Below are positions 48,681 through 61,237 of a DNA stretch of 64,000 bases, one piece after another. The stretch comes from Squalus acanthias (lineage: Eukaryota): NCBI GenBank assembly GCA_030390025.1, contig CM059449.1, positions 33,232,001-33,296,000 on the forward strand. Direction: 5' to 3'. The position numbers and the translations under genes are program-made. Numbering within the stretch: position 1 is the first letter of the stretch; every line of letters begins with the position of its first letter. The notes below the pieces were generated by a model. That model searched no databases, was not told where the DNA came from, and saw only the letters and a list, made by a program, of their open reading frames with translations.

Positions 48681-48962
48681 TTGAACCAGGGTTGGTCCGC
48701 TGGCTTGATGGTAATGGTAGAGTATAGGATATGCCAGGCCATGAGGTTTCAGATTGTGGTGGAACACATTTCTGCGGCTGCTACTGGCCCACAGCGCCTC
48801 ATGGATGCCCAGTTTTGAGCTGCGAGATCTGTTCTGAATCTATCCAATTTAGCACGGTGGTAGTGCCACACAACTCAATGGAGGCCGTTCTCAGTGTGCA
48901 GACGGGACCTCGTCTCCACAATTACTTTGTGGTAGTCACTGCTATCAATACTGTCATGAACT

Positions 48963-49163
48963 GACATGAGGATGAGTTCGGATCGGTCAAGGCCCTGTGT
49001 TTGGCGGAGCGGGCCCAGGGGCTGAATGGCCGGGTCCTGCTCCTACTTCTTGTGTTCTTTAGATTTGAGGTTAGGATCAGATCAGCCATGATCTTATTGA
49101 ATGGCGGAGCAGGCTCGAGGGGCCGATTGGCCTACTCCTGCTCCTATTTCTTATGTTCTTATG
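48963..49163 (+). mobile_element. Very short young CR1 3' UTR insertion
   Basis: Last ~94 nt identical to 38637-38730. Confidence 0.9.
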
Positions 49164-50524
49164 AGCAGATGCATCTGCGACAGGTAGATTGGTGAGGACG
49201 AGGTCAAGTAGGTTTTTTCCTCGTGTTGGTTCTCTCACGAGCTGTCACAGGCCCAGACTGGCAGTTATATCCTTCAGAACTCGGCAAGCTCGGTCAGTAG
49301 TGGTGCTACCGAGCAACTCTTGGTGATAGACATTGAAGTGCCCCACCCAAAGTACATTCTGTGCCCTTGCTACTCTCAGTGCTTCTTCCAAGTGGTGTTC
49401 AACATGGAGGAGTACTGATTCATCAGCTGTTGAAGGGCGGTAGGTGGTAATCAGCTGTCGGTTTCCTTCACCATGCTTGACCTGAAACCATGAGACTTCA
49501 TGGGTTCCGGAGTCAATGTTGAGGACTCCCTAGGCCACTCCTTACCGACTGTATAACACAATGCCGCCACCCATGGTGTGTCTGTCCTGCCGGTGGGACA
49601 GGACATACCCAGGGTTGGTGATGGATGGAGTTCAGGACTATCCCAGAAAATGTGGCATGAAAGCTTTACAATAAGGCAATGCAGAGACAGTGGGCATCAT
49701 TCAAACAGCGGAATATTAATCTACAGCCTAGAAATATTCCCACAAGTAAATGTAGATCACCAAAAGCTGGAATTCCTAGAATGTGTAGTGAAATAAAAAT
49801 TTAAATGAGAGTTGATAAAGCATGTGACATTTCGAATGTAAGAGGAAATCATACTGAAAAAAACAGACGGGAAAAAAAGATTTGAACTGGTAATAGAAGT
49901 CTGAAGGAAGACTGGCAGTTAAATAGTAAAGGTTCTTAGGAACAGATTAAAAAAAACAAAATAATGGTTAAATAAAGGGAAGGATACAATAAATGGAAAA
50001 TGAAATAATCTTCTAGAGGATGATAGAATGGCAGAGATATAATAGAAACCAATATTCAGCCCCAATGTTCAACAAGGAATGCGATAGAGGGAGAGAAAGG
50101 ATATAAGAGGAGGACATGGGTCGTTTGGATTGGTCGTGTGACAACTTCTGGAAACAGAAAACAGGACAACATTGAGCAAAACCTGAAAGTTGTGAGCTAG
50201 TAATGGAGAACAAAAATCAAACTGTAAAAAGCAAGCGCTGTCAACCAAATGTAATAGTTATTTGAGGACAAAGAAGTGGCAAATTTACTTTGACAGTCCT
50301 GTGTGCGTTAATGGGTAAACACCTCTGTAAAGTTGGCGCAGACAGGAATATAGGGCAAATGGGTTAAAGTCCATCGGAGTGTTTCACTGATCAGGAGTTC
50401 CACCCTCCTAATAGCCAAAAATCATTTCTAGTAAAAGCAGCTGCCTGATCTGTTTGTTTAAAAGACCGTAAATAATGTCAGTCATTGTATAACCTAATTG
50501 TCTCACTTGGGATTTCTCTCAGAT

Positions 50525-50531
50525 ATAAATA
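50525..50531 (+). promoter_or_regulatory. TATA box of the GPCR gene
   Basis: TATAAAT about 85 bp upstream of the ATG at 50612. Confidence 0.55.
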
Positions 50532-50611
50532 AAGGATTGGATTGAAGCGGCTTCATCTTCTTGTCAAACTGAGCTGTTGCCTCCAGCACCGGCATCGTGT
50601 GACTCAAAGAG

Positions 50612-53273
50612 ATGGGTCCACCAATCCTTGCCCAGATTGAAGCGGTTTACTACCCGATTCTCGCAGTGTTTGGTGTTCCTGGTAAGTCATTACCATCAGT
50701 TGTCAATGTCACTCGGGGTTTACCTGTATCACTGCTCTAGTTGATTCTGTGAGATGTTTGTTTTCACGTGCTTGTTTCTACTGGGATAAATTAAATGTCA
50801 CGACCTTCTACTGAAACCTTAATGCAATAACGTCACAGAAATTCAGAGGGAAGCTACAATTGTCTCTGCAGTTTCAGCACCAACAATTTTAACAACTTTC
50901 ACCACAGTCTCGCAGTACTGGGGGTGGAATAGATCTTCGGCAGCAGCTCGAGACCGGCTCATAGCGAATCCGAACCTGTTTCACTCCGCGCCCAATTTCT
51001 TTCCCATTGAAATAAAATGAAAAGTAATTCGGGCGCGGTCTGAATGTGCTGCCAATTCACTATCGCCAGTTTAGCGCTACCGTCGGAGACCAAATTCACC
51101 CAGAGTCAAAAAAGAAGAAACTGGCAGGGAGAGAGAGAGAGAGAGAAAGATAGAGAGCGACAGAGTCAGAAATATAAAAAGAGATTAAACAAAAGAGGCA
51201 GAAAAGGAAGAATCAAAGAGACAGAGGGTATACTGAACTTTGCTCGCCAGGTGTAAAACTGGTGCTCGCGAGCTGACAGCTTGTTTGAAAACTCGCTGGA
51301 TTATTTTTCCATTTGCTTCAAAGGACTTTGGTTTTGCTCCCGGACTAGGAATCCAGAGACATGGACCAATGTTCTAAAAATCGTGTGTTCAAACCCACCA
51401 TGGCTGATCGAGAATGTGAATTCAGTTAAAAAATACATGGATATAAAAATAAATGTAGCATTCATAAATTGACCAGGATTAATAAAGAGCCAACTGATTC
51501 ACTAATATCCTTTAGAGAAGGAGCTTGCCGTCCTGAGCCATCTGGCTTTTACGTGACTCCAGTCCCACAACAACTGCCCTCTGAAGTGGTCTAGCAAGTC
51601 ACTGAGGGCAACTAGGGATGGGCAATAAATGCCGGCCTTGCCCGCGATGCTTACATCCTGCAACTCAAGTAAAATATACACATTAAAGATAACTGTGCTT
51701 TAACCATTGAATTATTGTTTTCTCTCTATTGCCACGTCTCGCGGTCTGCCAACTTATGCCTGAACCTCGGGCTTCCTTTCTTTACATAATTGACTGTTTC
51801 TTCTTAGTCCACTTTTCCTTCACCCTGGCCAAGATGGATAACGGGTTGAGATGCCTTCTGAGACTCTCCAAAGAATCTCAGAATCCTTGACCCCTATTCT
51901 TACACTCCCTTTTAATGTTCCCATCCCTTTTATTTGAATTCTACCACTTTGCCTTCTCCAAAACCCGTCCCAGTTTGCAGCTCAAGCTGTGCTAGTGAGT
52001 AGACCTGGGAGTTAAGAGCGCACTTCAGGTTAATACTGTACATTAAACCCTCCCTCATAGCCATTCTGGCCTAAGATACCCTGATAGAAAAATGCCAGCT
52101 GAAGAGAGACAGAGACAGAGAGAGAGATGATTAGAGCGACACATAAATAAACTAAGACATAGAGAGAGGCAGGAGAAAGGCAGATCGTGAGCAACACAGA
52201 GGGATGGTCAGAATCAGTGACAGATATAGAAATACAGAGTCCGAGAGAGAGCATGAGTTGAGTAGTAGAAAATATGTGCTGAAATTTGATAAACTGTCAT
52301 TACCTGCCGGCCATTTTGTTTTGACTATAATGATTAATTTAATTTTCCCTCTTTTATTGCAGCGAATTTATTCACAATTGTAATTCTCTCCCGTGGAAAG
52401 TGTGGTCTCTCCACATGTATCACTCGTTACCTGGTGGCCATGGCAGCAGCAGATCTACTGGTCCTGATATTTGATGTAATTCTGTATGAGATTCAGCAGA
52501 TTTATTTCCCACATTCATTCCTGAACTACACTCTGATCTGCAGTCTCAATCTCACACTGATATTTGCTGCCATTGATTGTTCCATCTGGTTAACAGTCGC
52601 CTTCACCTTTGATCGATTCATCGCCATTAGTTGCCACAAGCTGAGAGTCAAATATTGCACCGAAAAAACTGCGGCTTTGATTATAACAACGGTGTGTGGG
52701 TTGAGCTGTTTACTAAACATTCCAGTTTACTTTGTAAACGAGTCTGGTGAAATAATTGATAACATACAATGGTTCTGTGTTGTAAAATCTGCCTGCTACA
52801 CCTTGCCCATTTGGATAGCTTACTTCTGGTTTCGCAATATTTTAACCCCTTTCGCTCCATTTGTGTTGATTGCACTGCTCAATGCGCTGACCATCAGGCA
52901 CATTGCACAGGCCAGTAGAGTCAGGAGGGGACTCCGAGGGAGTATGACGGGTGAGAGTCACAAAGATCCAGAGATGGAGAACCGAAGGAAATCCATCATT
53001 TTACTGCTCGCAATTTCAGGCAGTTTTATCCTGCTATGGGTAGTAAGTTTCCTCTATGAAATATGCATAAAATTTACAGATACTTATTTTTTCCGAACAG
53101 ATTACGCAGATCCTTTTACCGTCATGGAACACAGTGGATATATGCTCCAGCGTTTGAGTTCCTGCACCAACACGGTTATTTATGTAGTGGCCCAGACGAA
53201 ATTCAGAGATACGATAAAGAATGTGATTAAATTTCCCTTTGCTCAGATGATTAAGTTAATTAAATTAAATTAA
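50612..53273 (+). CDS. GPR139/GPR142-like orphan class A GPCR, two exons (50612-50681 and 52363-53273), 326 aa
   Basis: Exon 1 MGPPILAQIEAVYYPILAVFGVP+G|GTAAGT; acceptor TTTTATTGCAG; exon 2 NLFTIVILSRGKCGLSTCITRYLVAMAAADLL...SIWLTVAFTFDRFIAI...DPEMENRRKSIILL...SSCTNTVIY. The join is in frame (70+911 nt) and gives seven hydrophobic segments. Confidence 0.92.
50921..51101. mobile_element. Palindromic MITE in the GPCR intron
   Basis: GGGTGGAAT / AAATTCACCC ends; internal CCGCGCCCAATT...AATTCGGGCGCGG inverted repeat as in the 24152 element. Confidence 0.7.
51325..51665 (+). mobile_element. tRNA-derived SINE in the GPCR intron
   Basis: B-box-like GTTCAAACCC (~51387); tail GGGCAACTAGGGATGGGCAATAAATGCCGGCCTTGCC. 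Confidence 0.65.
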
Positions 53274-56200
53274 ATTAATAGGACTACGTTTAAACCATGA
53301 CTCCCCAGTCCCAATAACAACCAAAGCTGGTTCTCAGAACCTACAATACAAATGGCTGTGGGGCTCAAATGGCTCTGGTGAGTTGTGACAGTTTAAATGC
53401 TGCCGCCTGTCGGTAAATGTCCTCCACAACAGAGCAAAAACCTCATCACGAACACTTCAATACTAAAGATGGCAGATTTGGGGATCTGTCAATGAGCAGT
53501 CAGAAATTTGGCCATGAATTCTAGTAACCACAGTAACCAGAAGCTCTTATTGTTGAAAATGACGATTTGAAAACATATTTCCTCTTCCCTAAGCCTTTCA
53601 ACTCCCTGACTAGGTTTGGGATCAGTGAGTGACGATTGCTGTTCCATGCCACACTCAACTGGACAGTGTCCTGGTTGAGCCATCACAGTGAGTGCCGACT
53701 GACCATTGGACAGAATTCTATTGCAGCCCCTCTACTGCTGCTCTTCCCCAGACCAGCTAACTCAGTTCAGACCAGGGTTTGAAGCTGGGATCTTCCTGAT
53801 CTGCATGAGGCAGAATTCCCACTTTGGTGCTCTGAGCAAGGCCCAGGAGCACAGATTGTAAAACCTTGCCATCATCTCATGATTCTACATCCACTATTTT
53901 AATGGATGAAAATCACAGTCTTGGAAGCCCCAGCCCGAATTTCCAATTTGGAGGCTGAGGCTCTGGGTCTGCTGTGTGGACTCGGTGAATCAGCCCTGAG
54001 ATGTGTATATGGTGGGTGATTAAAATAAGTTCAGTGATAGTAAAATGAACGATTTGTGAATATGAATAATTTCATCACGTCTCCCGGGAATGTCCCAAAA
54101 TGCTTCAAGTGCAAATATTTGGACGCATTCAGTGTTTTTATATATATAGACGTCTATCCTGTACACATCGGGATATCACACCCAGGGCAGCTGGAGGGTT
54201 GACATAATAGGAATCAGATTGAGGGGAGAAACGAAGGCCAGGCTTCCTGCTCCTACTTGTACTAAGCATCTCTGTACGTCTGATGAGGTCTGATTGATCG
54301 GAACTGGCCTCCTGCACTTGAATATCCAACTGAAACTTAAGTCTCTTAATTGCCCTTGTGTAGCTGTGGCCACAATGGATGTTGGCAGATTAGAGAGACG
54401 TGGGGTCAGATTATTATTTTTACTGCCTGGTTTGCACGCCACTTACACAACCCACCTGATCTTCCTGATTTATTTCAATGGATGTGTAATGCCAAGTCAG
54501 TAAAGATGAAAAATGATCCATTAGGTTTCTCAAATTTCCGATGGTCACACTATTTACACAACGTCCATGACAGGGTTGGAATGATTTAAATGTTGCCGGT
54601 GAGAAAAAAATTAAGCAACAGTTTCTACAGTTTCGCTTGCTATCGACTTCTTTAATTATGTCATGTTACCCAAGAGTTTAAAATCCGCTTCACTCACAGA
54701 AAATATGTCCCACCTGTTCTTAACACAATTTTGTTTGGGATGTTCAATTGGTCTCGGGGCAGTTTCTTTCAAGAGAGCAGCTCTGTTCAAATCCATACAT
54801 GCTGTGCGATTTGTTCACGGTTGCGGCTGCTTGGCTGATGTTTCAATTTTAACAGAGATTTATTAATTTATGAAACTTCAGAACATTTATTATCGGTATT
54901 TCCATATCCGAGCAAATTGCTTTGCATCGTTTCCAGAGAGTAAAGTGGGCAGATTACCTACTCCTGTGTCTGGGCCTAATTAATCAACTGGACATCATGA
55001 ATACATGGAAACAGGCAGAGAGCAGTAAATGCCCAGAGTGGATCCTGCTCAATTTGTTCTCCATTTAAATCAATGAGCAGATATTCGCGTGAGTCCATTA
55101 GGGGCGTGTGCTCCTCCTTCCCCAATTTTCCTGTGCTCACTGTTCTGAACAATCCAACAGTTCCGGGCTCAGGGACAGGAAAATCCAGCGTTGCCTGTCT
55201 GGAGCAGTTTGAGAAAGATAACTCCCATATTTGATGAGAAAATATTAGAACTGTTATTACCTAAAATATTAATTACAGTACATTTTTACCAGATTGCAAA
55301 CGAATTATCAATTTCCACAACTCGATACAACTGCTGTAAATGTGTGTTACATTATTGCTGCTGTTCGCTTCTTTTAATAATGGTTGATAAATCTGTTTGG
55401 CGATTAAAGCTAAAACAATGCTTGTTGTCGTCTTCTTCGGTCACTTTACAATGACAAGGAGGATCCCACTAATTTACAAGATAGATAAAATAAATCGATA
55501 CCTCTCACTTCATTCTTTTTGAGATGATGTTAAATTGCTGCCCTTTAGTAACCAACAAGTGGAAATAAGTTCTTCTGATTTATCTGATCCAAACTCTTCA
55601 TAAATTTAAACTCCTCTATCAGCTCATCACTCAACCTGTTACCTTGATTCCTTATATGAAAAGCTAAGGCTGATCACAAATATAATCTAAAATATCGAAA
55701 AGCCGCTCTCCCTTTGGTTTAATACATGGAGAGCCAAGAATATTCTTCAAGTGAAGCAAAGGTAGACGTTTGGAGCTTTAATGGGCCAAAGTAGGCAGAT
55801 ATAATGCAATTCCAATTTTAATGTACTGCATTATTCTCTCAATTTTATATTCTATTATACATTTTGATATCTATATTTGTATTGCAAAACATGGAGTGTA
55901 AAATCGGACGGGAGTATTACATCTACCGATTTGCTATCGCCCATTTTGGGCTACGTCAAAAACCGATTTCACCCCCATTTAACTCTCTTTAGTCTGGGTC
56001 CTCAGTCTGAGTTCTCCGTGTGTTTTTCTGTGCCGCTGTTCTCAGCACATTTACCCACGTCTGTGTGTCAAACACAAATATCGACTGATGGGGGTTGAGA
56101 AGCGGACGTGCCTGAGAACAGGGCGTGAAAGGTTCAATTTCGACAGTCCAGAAACAGTGACCTGTGAGGGACATTTACCTCATGTTATTAAAAGTAGAAT

Positions 56201-56409
56201 TAAATATTCCAGCTGCAGCAAGGTTGCCACAATGGGCCAAAAGCTGACCGGCAGCGAACAGGGCTGACATGGTTGAAAATTGCCTGCTGAATCACTGATC
56301 AGCGGGGTCAGGACCAGGAGTGGGCACCCAAATAATAAAAATGATCATATACATATGAAGTCAATGGAGAAGATATCAGGCGGAGTGTAGAACGGCTGAC
56401 CATTCTATA

Positions 56410-57100
56410 TCAGATTGACTCTGGAATCTGAAGTAAAATATGAAATTTGCGGTTAACACCAAATTGGGTGGTATGGTTAACACTGGGGAAGACAGCGAAA
56501 TAATACAAGAATACGCTAACAATGTTGGGGAATGGGCGAGTAGATGGCAAATAAATTTTAATATAGATAGTGTGAGAGGGTGATTTCTGACAGGAGCAAT
56601 AAGAAGGCCACATACTCCTTACAGAATAAGCGTCTAAATGGAGTGGAGACGTAAGTGGATCTGGGGGCACAGCTTCCCAATCATTGCAAGTAGCAACTCA
56701 GATTATCAAAGCCATAAAAAGTGCAAACAAAGCACTGGGTTTATGCTAAACGTATTTAGAACATTGGTTGGACCACACTCTATGTTACAAATGTCTATAG
56801 AAGCAATGGAGAAAGTGCAAAAAAGATTTACAACGATCATATCAGAATTCAGAGGGTGCAGATATCAGGAAAGACTGAACAGGCTGGGGTTCTTTTCTCT
56901 TGAAAAGGGAAGGCTGAGGGGTGACCGAACAGAGATCTTTAAAATTATGAAGGGGTTCGATAGTTTAGATGTAGAGAATAAGTTTCAACTAGTAGGTCAG
57001 TGGGAGGAGTCCCATGTGGAGCATAAATACCAAAATAGACCACTTGGGTTGAACGGCCTGTTTCTGTGCTGTAAATTCTGCGTAATTCTATGTAATATGA
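56410..57100 (+). mobile_element. Old degenerate CR1 3' fragment
   Basis: EKVQKRFT...RLNRLGFFSLEKGRLRGD in ORF 56638-57144. Confidence 0.8.
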
Positions 57101-58734
57101 GTTCAACTTGTCAAACCTCAGTCAGAATAAGCATAGGTTACTGAGTGCCAAGTCGTCAATGCCCAATCCAGAAAGTAAATCGTCCACTAACAATTCTTTA
57201 TTGACTTCAAAATAACAACGTTCTCTGTTAGAATAATTTAAGATGATTTAAAAAGTAATTCTATCCCAACATTCCATTCTTTAATCATTTTAGTGGTAGA
57301 GCAAATGTGGCAGAAAGGGAACTTAATCTTATCTCTACATATGAGCAACAGTTCTAGGGAAAGGAGTAAACATTTGGCTGAAGCACTTACTGTATTATAA
57401 ACAAAGCTTATAGCACAGAGACAAAGACTGAATAGATTAGTTGCTGGGTAAACACGTACGTATTCCTTAAGCACAACCCAAGGTGATATTATGGTGTAAG
57501 AATAGAACTAGGTCCCCTTCAACTTCAGGGCGTTCAGGAGTGTCAGGAGCAATGCAGCCGCACGGAGGCTGGGCGCTGCTCACTCCGGGACTTGTGCGGT
57601 TCTCTGACATCAGACAGCTTTCTCGGTGGTAGGCGGATTCTGGGAATCAACTTGTAATATTTGCAAATCCTTCAATATAAGTGGAAGACCAAATCAGTCA
57701 CTGTAATAACGCTTGTTATTATAAAAAAAACACTCGTCCGTGAATCATAAGCGGAGTTATTTTCGCCGGACTATCGACGCTTTGTTGCGACGATAACCAC
57801 CAATAAATATGCTAACATGCATTAATTAAATTTAAAACTTGATTATAAAAATAATTAGTAGATATCATTTTTCATTAATAGGGTCACCAGCAATTTAAAT
57901 CGGAAAATTTGATAGAGTCTTTAACGAAATGAATAACAGGTTATAAAGGCGATTCAGAGTATCGCCGAAATTCAGCATTAACTGGGTTGCTGATTTTAAA
58001 ATTATAGCTCAGATCAGTGACTAATGCAAATTTGTGAGAATAAAAGACGATTGATTGCTTAGATAGACAGAAACCTTAGAGCATTAGATAGCCAGTCTGT
58101 TGAACATATTAGAGACTAGGGGTTAGAAACTGGTATCCGTTTTAAGCCCTTGAATATATAAATTTGGGGCCTAACACTTGTTAAAGGTTCTTTTCCAAAA
58201 TGTGATCGTTGCGTGCGGGGCAGGCTTTGGACCTGCACGGCTTTGGATTTTTCAGCGGCCCCTGGGGCCACCAGGGTACCAGAGAGGTAAGTAATTAATT
58301 TTAATTAAATAAAAACCCTTCCTGGAGAGCCAGGAGGAGCAGGACTGTTCCTCGCTCCAGAGTGGTTCCGAAGTTCACTGCCATTCCCTGTTCGGCCAGC
58401 CCGCGATGACCTTCATTCCCTCCAAGCCACTAGAACTTGACACCAGTAGCCCGGGGATGAGCAGCAGGTATCTGAAGATCGCAGGTCTAATTTGAACGAG
58501 GCCCGAGGCCAGATTTCGATCGTGTCTCAGGACCACCTTGTCTGGTGCATGTATCTTTCCCAGTGGGTTATAATGACTTTGTTCGATGGTGTAAAACAAG
58601 TTAGCAGCCCCTCAGGTTCCACATGTACGGTGACAACAGCCAGCACAACCTCACCACTACCACTCTCGGCACCTTCATTCACTCTGATTCGGCACACTGC
58701 TTGTTCGACAACCATTACGGGGTGAGCAGAAATT

Positions 58735-59000
58735 TACTCCATTTAAATATTGGTTAGACCAAAGCCATCGTCTTCGGTCCCCACCACAAACTCTGTTCCA
58801 TGGGCACCATCTCCATCTCACTCCCTGGGCATTGTTTGAGACTCAACAAGGCCATTCGCAACCTTGGTGTCATATTTGACCCCGAGATGAACTTGCGACC
58901 ACAAATCAGCTCCATCATCAAAACTGCTTACTTGCACCTCAATAATTTCGTCCAACTCCGCTCCTGCCTCAGCTCATCTGCTGCTGAAATCCTCATCCAG
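58735..59000 (+). mobile_element. L2-type LINE RT C-terminal fragment
   Basis: TKAIVFGP...IRNLGVIFDPEM...KTAYLHL...LRSCLS...AEILI. Confidence 0.75.
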
Positions 59001-60232
59001 TCAGCGCGAACGCATCGAACTTCCGCTTTTTTTTCAGGTTTCCCCGTGAGGGTAAGTCCCTGGCAGCTGCACCGGGAAAAAGCAGATGCAAGGCCTACTT
59101 TTAACAAGGTAAGTGGTGAATTAAGTGAAATTTTAACATTTTTTCGACAGGTTTATCTTTCTTAAATAGTTTAAAGAAAGGCAAGTTTATTTTTAGCCCC
59201 GTTAAAAACTGTAATTGATTTTTTCAAAAATTTAAATTTTTGTTTAAAAAAGTTAGTTTATGTAACTTATAGTTATTTCAAAAATGTGAATTTTTAAAAA
59301 TTTATTTGAAGTTTTAGTTAGGTTTTGGGGCCGATCTTTAGTCATAGATTTGACAGGTCTTCCTGTCAAATCTATGAATGGAGATTTCCTGCTCGGATTG
59401 GCTCTCCATGGCCCACGTGATCCCAGGGGACGCTTCGAACTAACTGCGCCCCTGGGTAACGCAAGCTCTGCACACCGGCAGCTGGAGGATGCTGAGGATC
59501 GGAATCGTAAGCGGGCCAACAGCACGACGGCAGGCGCGCTAGGTAAGTGAAGGTCGGTTGCTTGCACCCGCGGTAAGCCTCTGACCCCAATTTCTGGCCC
59601 CATGTCTCTTGGAACCGTGCAATGCTTGCGTCACCCAGAGACGCAATTAGTTCGTGCGAGCTCTGGGATCACGTGATTCGGTTAGAGCCAATGGCAGCAC
59701 ACCATCTTTCATTCATAGTTTTGACAGGAAGACCTGTCAAAGCTATGAATACTACATCCCCCCAAAAGAACAGCTGAACCTCAATTAAATTAAAAATAAG
59801 CCATCACATTAATAAAATAAGTATAGTTAAATAAATTAACCACTTCAAACAAAAAATTAAATTTTTGAAAAAATTTAAAATCTTTTTAAAGTTATAAAAA
59901 AGTCTCTAAAAAAGATAAACCTGTTGAAAAATTTTTAAAATAACACTTAATTAACTACTTACCTTGTTAAAAGGGTGTCATATGCCTGCTTTTTTTATGT
60001 GTAAAATCTTCAGCACTTACCTGCGCGTTCAAAGCTGAAAAAATAACAAAGTGCACTGCGTGCGCACAGCCTGTAGCACGCACGCGGTTCACTTAGGAAC
60101 CGCCCCCTTTTCAATTCACGAAGTGCCGGTTTCCCGCGCATGCGCAGTGCATGCAGGAAACCGGCAATTGGAGATCTAATACGCGAGAGTACACAGTGCG
60201 TACTCTCGCGTATTAGGACTAATTTTCGGGCC
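59000..60232. mobile_element. Two related non-autonomous DNA-transposon fragments in inverted orientation, hairpin-rich
   Basis: 59095-59385 is a diverged reverse complement of 59705-59975; TIR-like ends AATTTCTGGCCC (~59600) and AATTTTCGGGCC (~60232). Confidence 0.65.
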
Positions 60233-60235
60233 ATA

Positions 60236-60505
60236 AATCAAACAAGAAATTCAGAAGAAGCTTCTTTACTCAGAGAGCGGTGAGAATGTGGAACTCGCTA
60301 TCACGTGGAGTGGTTAGGGCGAATAGCATAGACATATTTAAGGTGAAGCTACTTAAGTACATGAGGGAGAAAGGAATATAAGGATATGTTGATAGGGTGA
60401 GATGAAGCAAATAGAGTGGGAGGAGGCTGGTGTGGAGCATAAACACTGGCAGGGGCCAGATGGGCCGAATGGCCTGTTTCTGTGCTGTAAACACGATGTA
60501 ATGCA
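60236..60505 (+). mobile_element. CR1 3' end fragment
   Basis: FFTQRAVRMWNSL followed by a CR1-type 3' UTR. Confidence 0.85.
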
Positions 60506-61237
60506 ACACGTGAAGTAAAGTGTTCGGTGTTGTAGTTCGTGACGGGCCCAAAGCGTACTTTATATAATCCAAGAAACCTAACTATCAGCTAATTTTTCAT
60601 TTTCATGAATTTATTTTCTTATTGCTAACCAGAATGATTTCAAATAAACAACAACTTTATATCTCCAGCTCTGTTTCTCACTATCACCGATTTGAAATGT
60701 ACGGTTTCGAGAATGTTTCTATTGTTTTGGGGTGGGGATGAATTATTTGTTCTCTCCTATACCGGAGGCAGTGACTCACGGTGGAGTGCACAGGAACCAA
60801 CTGACATCGGATAGAACACCTTTCAGTCTGAGTTTCATGGGGGAGCCCAGACACTGAGTCTTGGTTTGCTGGTAAAGTTCCTCTCCCGCACAGGGGTCGC
60901 ACTGGCCATTTATGATGCGACTGGAAGGACTCTTCATACTTGTATTGAACAAGGAATTCCGTCCTTACTTCCTGGCCTCGCACGGTGCCCAGACCGGCAA
61001 GTTCAAGGATTAAAACACAGGCGGGGGCGGGAGGAGGGGTAAACGTGTTAGATATACCTGTGGATCTTTGAGCTTTCCCGTGAATGAAGTACCCCTTTAA
61101 ATAATATTAAATCCACCTTCCGTAATTGGTACAATGCAGCCAAGTTAACAACAAACTTTAATAATGATAAATTTCCCATAAAATCGGCGTTCAAACATTG
61201 ATATAAGTCAGGGGTTATATAAACCGAACAAAATTAT

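Larger units (their letters stand above)
46610..49640 (-). mobile_element. Second LINE family (endonuclease to RT start), interrupted by CR1 insertions at 47180-48680 and 48963-49163
   Basis: PAIVLKTCAPELAEPLAKLFQYSYDTGIYPTMWK, KDKAEAF, KPADQPWFN and endonuclease motifs, distinct from the CR1 copies. Confidence 0.8.
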
